Source: Candidatus Nanohaloarchaea archaeon (lineage in GTDB: Archaea; Nanohalarchaeota; Nanosalinia; Nanosalinales; Nanosalinaceae). From it: a DNA stretch of 47,539 nt. A program made the position numbers and the translations under genes. Below are positions 46,619 through 47,539 of the stretch, one piece after another. The stretch spans positions 1 to 47,539 of the forward strand of contig JBEQBC010000005.1 in the NCBI GenBank assembly GCA_041640035.1. The letters are read 5' to 3'. Below the pieces are notes generated by a model. The model did no database searches, was not told the origin of the DNA, and saw only the letters and a program-made list of their open reading frames with translations. Every line of letters begins with the position of its first letter. Positions within the stretch are counted from its first letter, which is position 1.

Positions 46619-47539
46619 CATTTTCTTCCCACCTCACAAGCGTTACTGTTGAAGGACCCCACAGCCTCTGTTCTCCTCCGATTGTTACGGAGCTTGGTTC
46701 GATGTTCTCGAAGTTGAAGAACTGTCCTGACTTATTCTCCAGTCTGTCCACTGCGTCCTCCTGAGCTGCTTCCTGTGTATCGAATACAGGTCCGTAGCCT
46801 ACTCTTGGTTCGACGAATGCGCTGTATTCTAGAAGGGATTCTGGTAGGAACTCTGCCTGATCACTGGGATCGCTCATTTCTACATAGTTTTCTTCTCCTG
46901 GGTTAAACAGGTCAGGGTTGATGGTTACAAGGGTAGGTGTATTTCCAGAGGAAGTGTACACATTTTGAAGGTTGGAAGGTGATGTCCCTGCCTGTACCTC
47001 TGGCTGATCCGGATTGAACATAGACATGAAAAGGTTTATCCTTGATATTGCGTCGTATTCGAACTCTGTTGAGAACTGGAACGGATTCTGCAGGCTGTCT
47101 GAGCCAAGCTCTCCTGCCTCGTAAGCTGTGCTTGCCTCATACTTGCCGTATCCTACCTCGTTTCGATCAGTATAGGTTACCTCTACATATGAGTGGTCTG
47201 GAGTACCGGGCTCTGAGTTAAGTACTGTCTCGGAACCTCCCCAGAACTCATCCTCGCCGTCATGATTGATGTACACCTGGAGCAGGTTGTTTCCGTTTTC
47301 AACTTCATCAGTGATATCTACAGTGCGTTCATAACCTCCGAAAGCCTCTTCCTCAACTACTGTTTCCCCGTTCAGAACAGATTTGACATCCCATCCTGTC
47401 GGGCTTTCCTCGGTACCTACTCCTTCAGCATTCAGAACAAGTTCAGCGTCCTGAACCGAAGCCGTCTGAGGAATACCGAAGTTCTCAACATCGAAAACAC
47501 CGGAGACATCATCACCGAAGAAGCTTCCGAACTGGGCGT
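46611..47539 (-). CDS. C-terminal part of a large extracellular protein in the pilus-associated operon (5' end outside the window)
   Basis: Frame is open from 47276 to the window end (checked manually); acidic and beta-rich; C-terminal LWGP...LVRW; overlaps the next gene start. Confidence 0.7.
   Translation of the reverse strand, partial: AQFGSFFGDDVSGVFDVENFGIPQTASVQDAELVLNAEGVGTEESPTGWDVKSVLNGETVVEEEAFGGYERTVDITDEVENGNNLLQVYINHDGEDEFWGGSETVLNSEPGTPDHSYVEVTYTDRNEVGYGKYEASTAYEAGELGSDSLQNPFQFSTEFEYDAISRINLFMSMFNPDQPEVQAGTSPSNLQNVYTSSGNTPTLVTINPDLFNPGEENYVEMSDPSDQAEFLPESLLEYSAFVEPRVGYGPVFDTQEAAQEDAVDRLENKSGQFFNFENIEPSSVTIGGEQRLWGPSTVTLVRWEENDE

Noticed and set aside
1305-46764. Numerous antisense or overlapping ORFs in the track (e.g. 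1798-2400, 41250-41843, 43134-43805, 27431-28024)
   Set aside because: Ser/Phe/Arg-rich shadows of acidic genes with biased codon usage; no motifs
1-47539. CRISPR array, rRNA or IS element
   Set aside because: No regularly spaced repeats, rRNA-like sequence, transposase motifs or terminal inverted repeats seen

Overview
Chromosomal segment of an extremely halophilic, genome-reduced archaeon, most likely a Nanohaloarchaeon (DPANN). This assignment is inferred from the very acidic proteins, compact gene packing, archaeal information genes and TATA-like boxes about 30 nt before start codons. The backbone carries sufC, fibrillarin/nop5, a Ca2+-type P-ATPase, tRNA-Gly(TCC), a GT4/UPF0104/DUF2070/sulfatase-like envelope cluster, tRNA-processing genes (Rpp21, Trm11, RNase Z, Trm56), thrS, an M29 aminopeptidase, tdk, the rps19e-PDCD5-rpl39e-rpl31e-eIF6 block and a type IV pilus locus. 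The main discovery is an AT-richer island of about 11.8 kb (5642-17421) bounded by a direct repeat of the tRNA-Gly 3' end. It encodes the methanofuran furan-building enzymes MfnB and MfnE plus a HisA/F-like barrel, but no MfnA/C/D/F. Instead these genes are co-oriented with a UbiA-family transferase and a GT-C-like membrane protein, next to a flippase, an AsnB-like amide ligase, a methyltransferase and a phosphatase. I infer a candidate pathway that attaches a furan group to a lipid or surface polymer. Other highlights are a duplicated module of small membrane and soluble paralogues around rnz, a cassette with two HExxH proteins, two pilins sharing an identical 91-bp 5' segment, a tandem palindromic operator and a frameshifted Yip1 paralogue. 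All family calls rest on motif recognition by eye; no searches were run.
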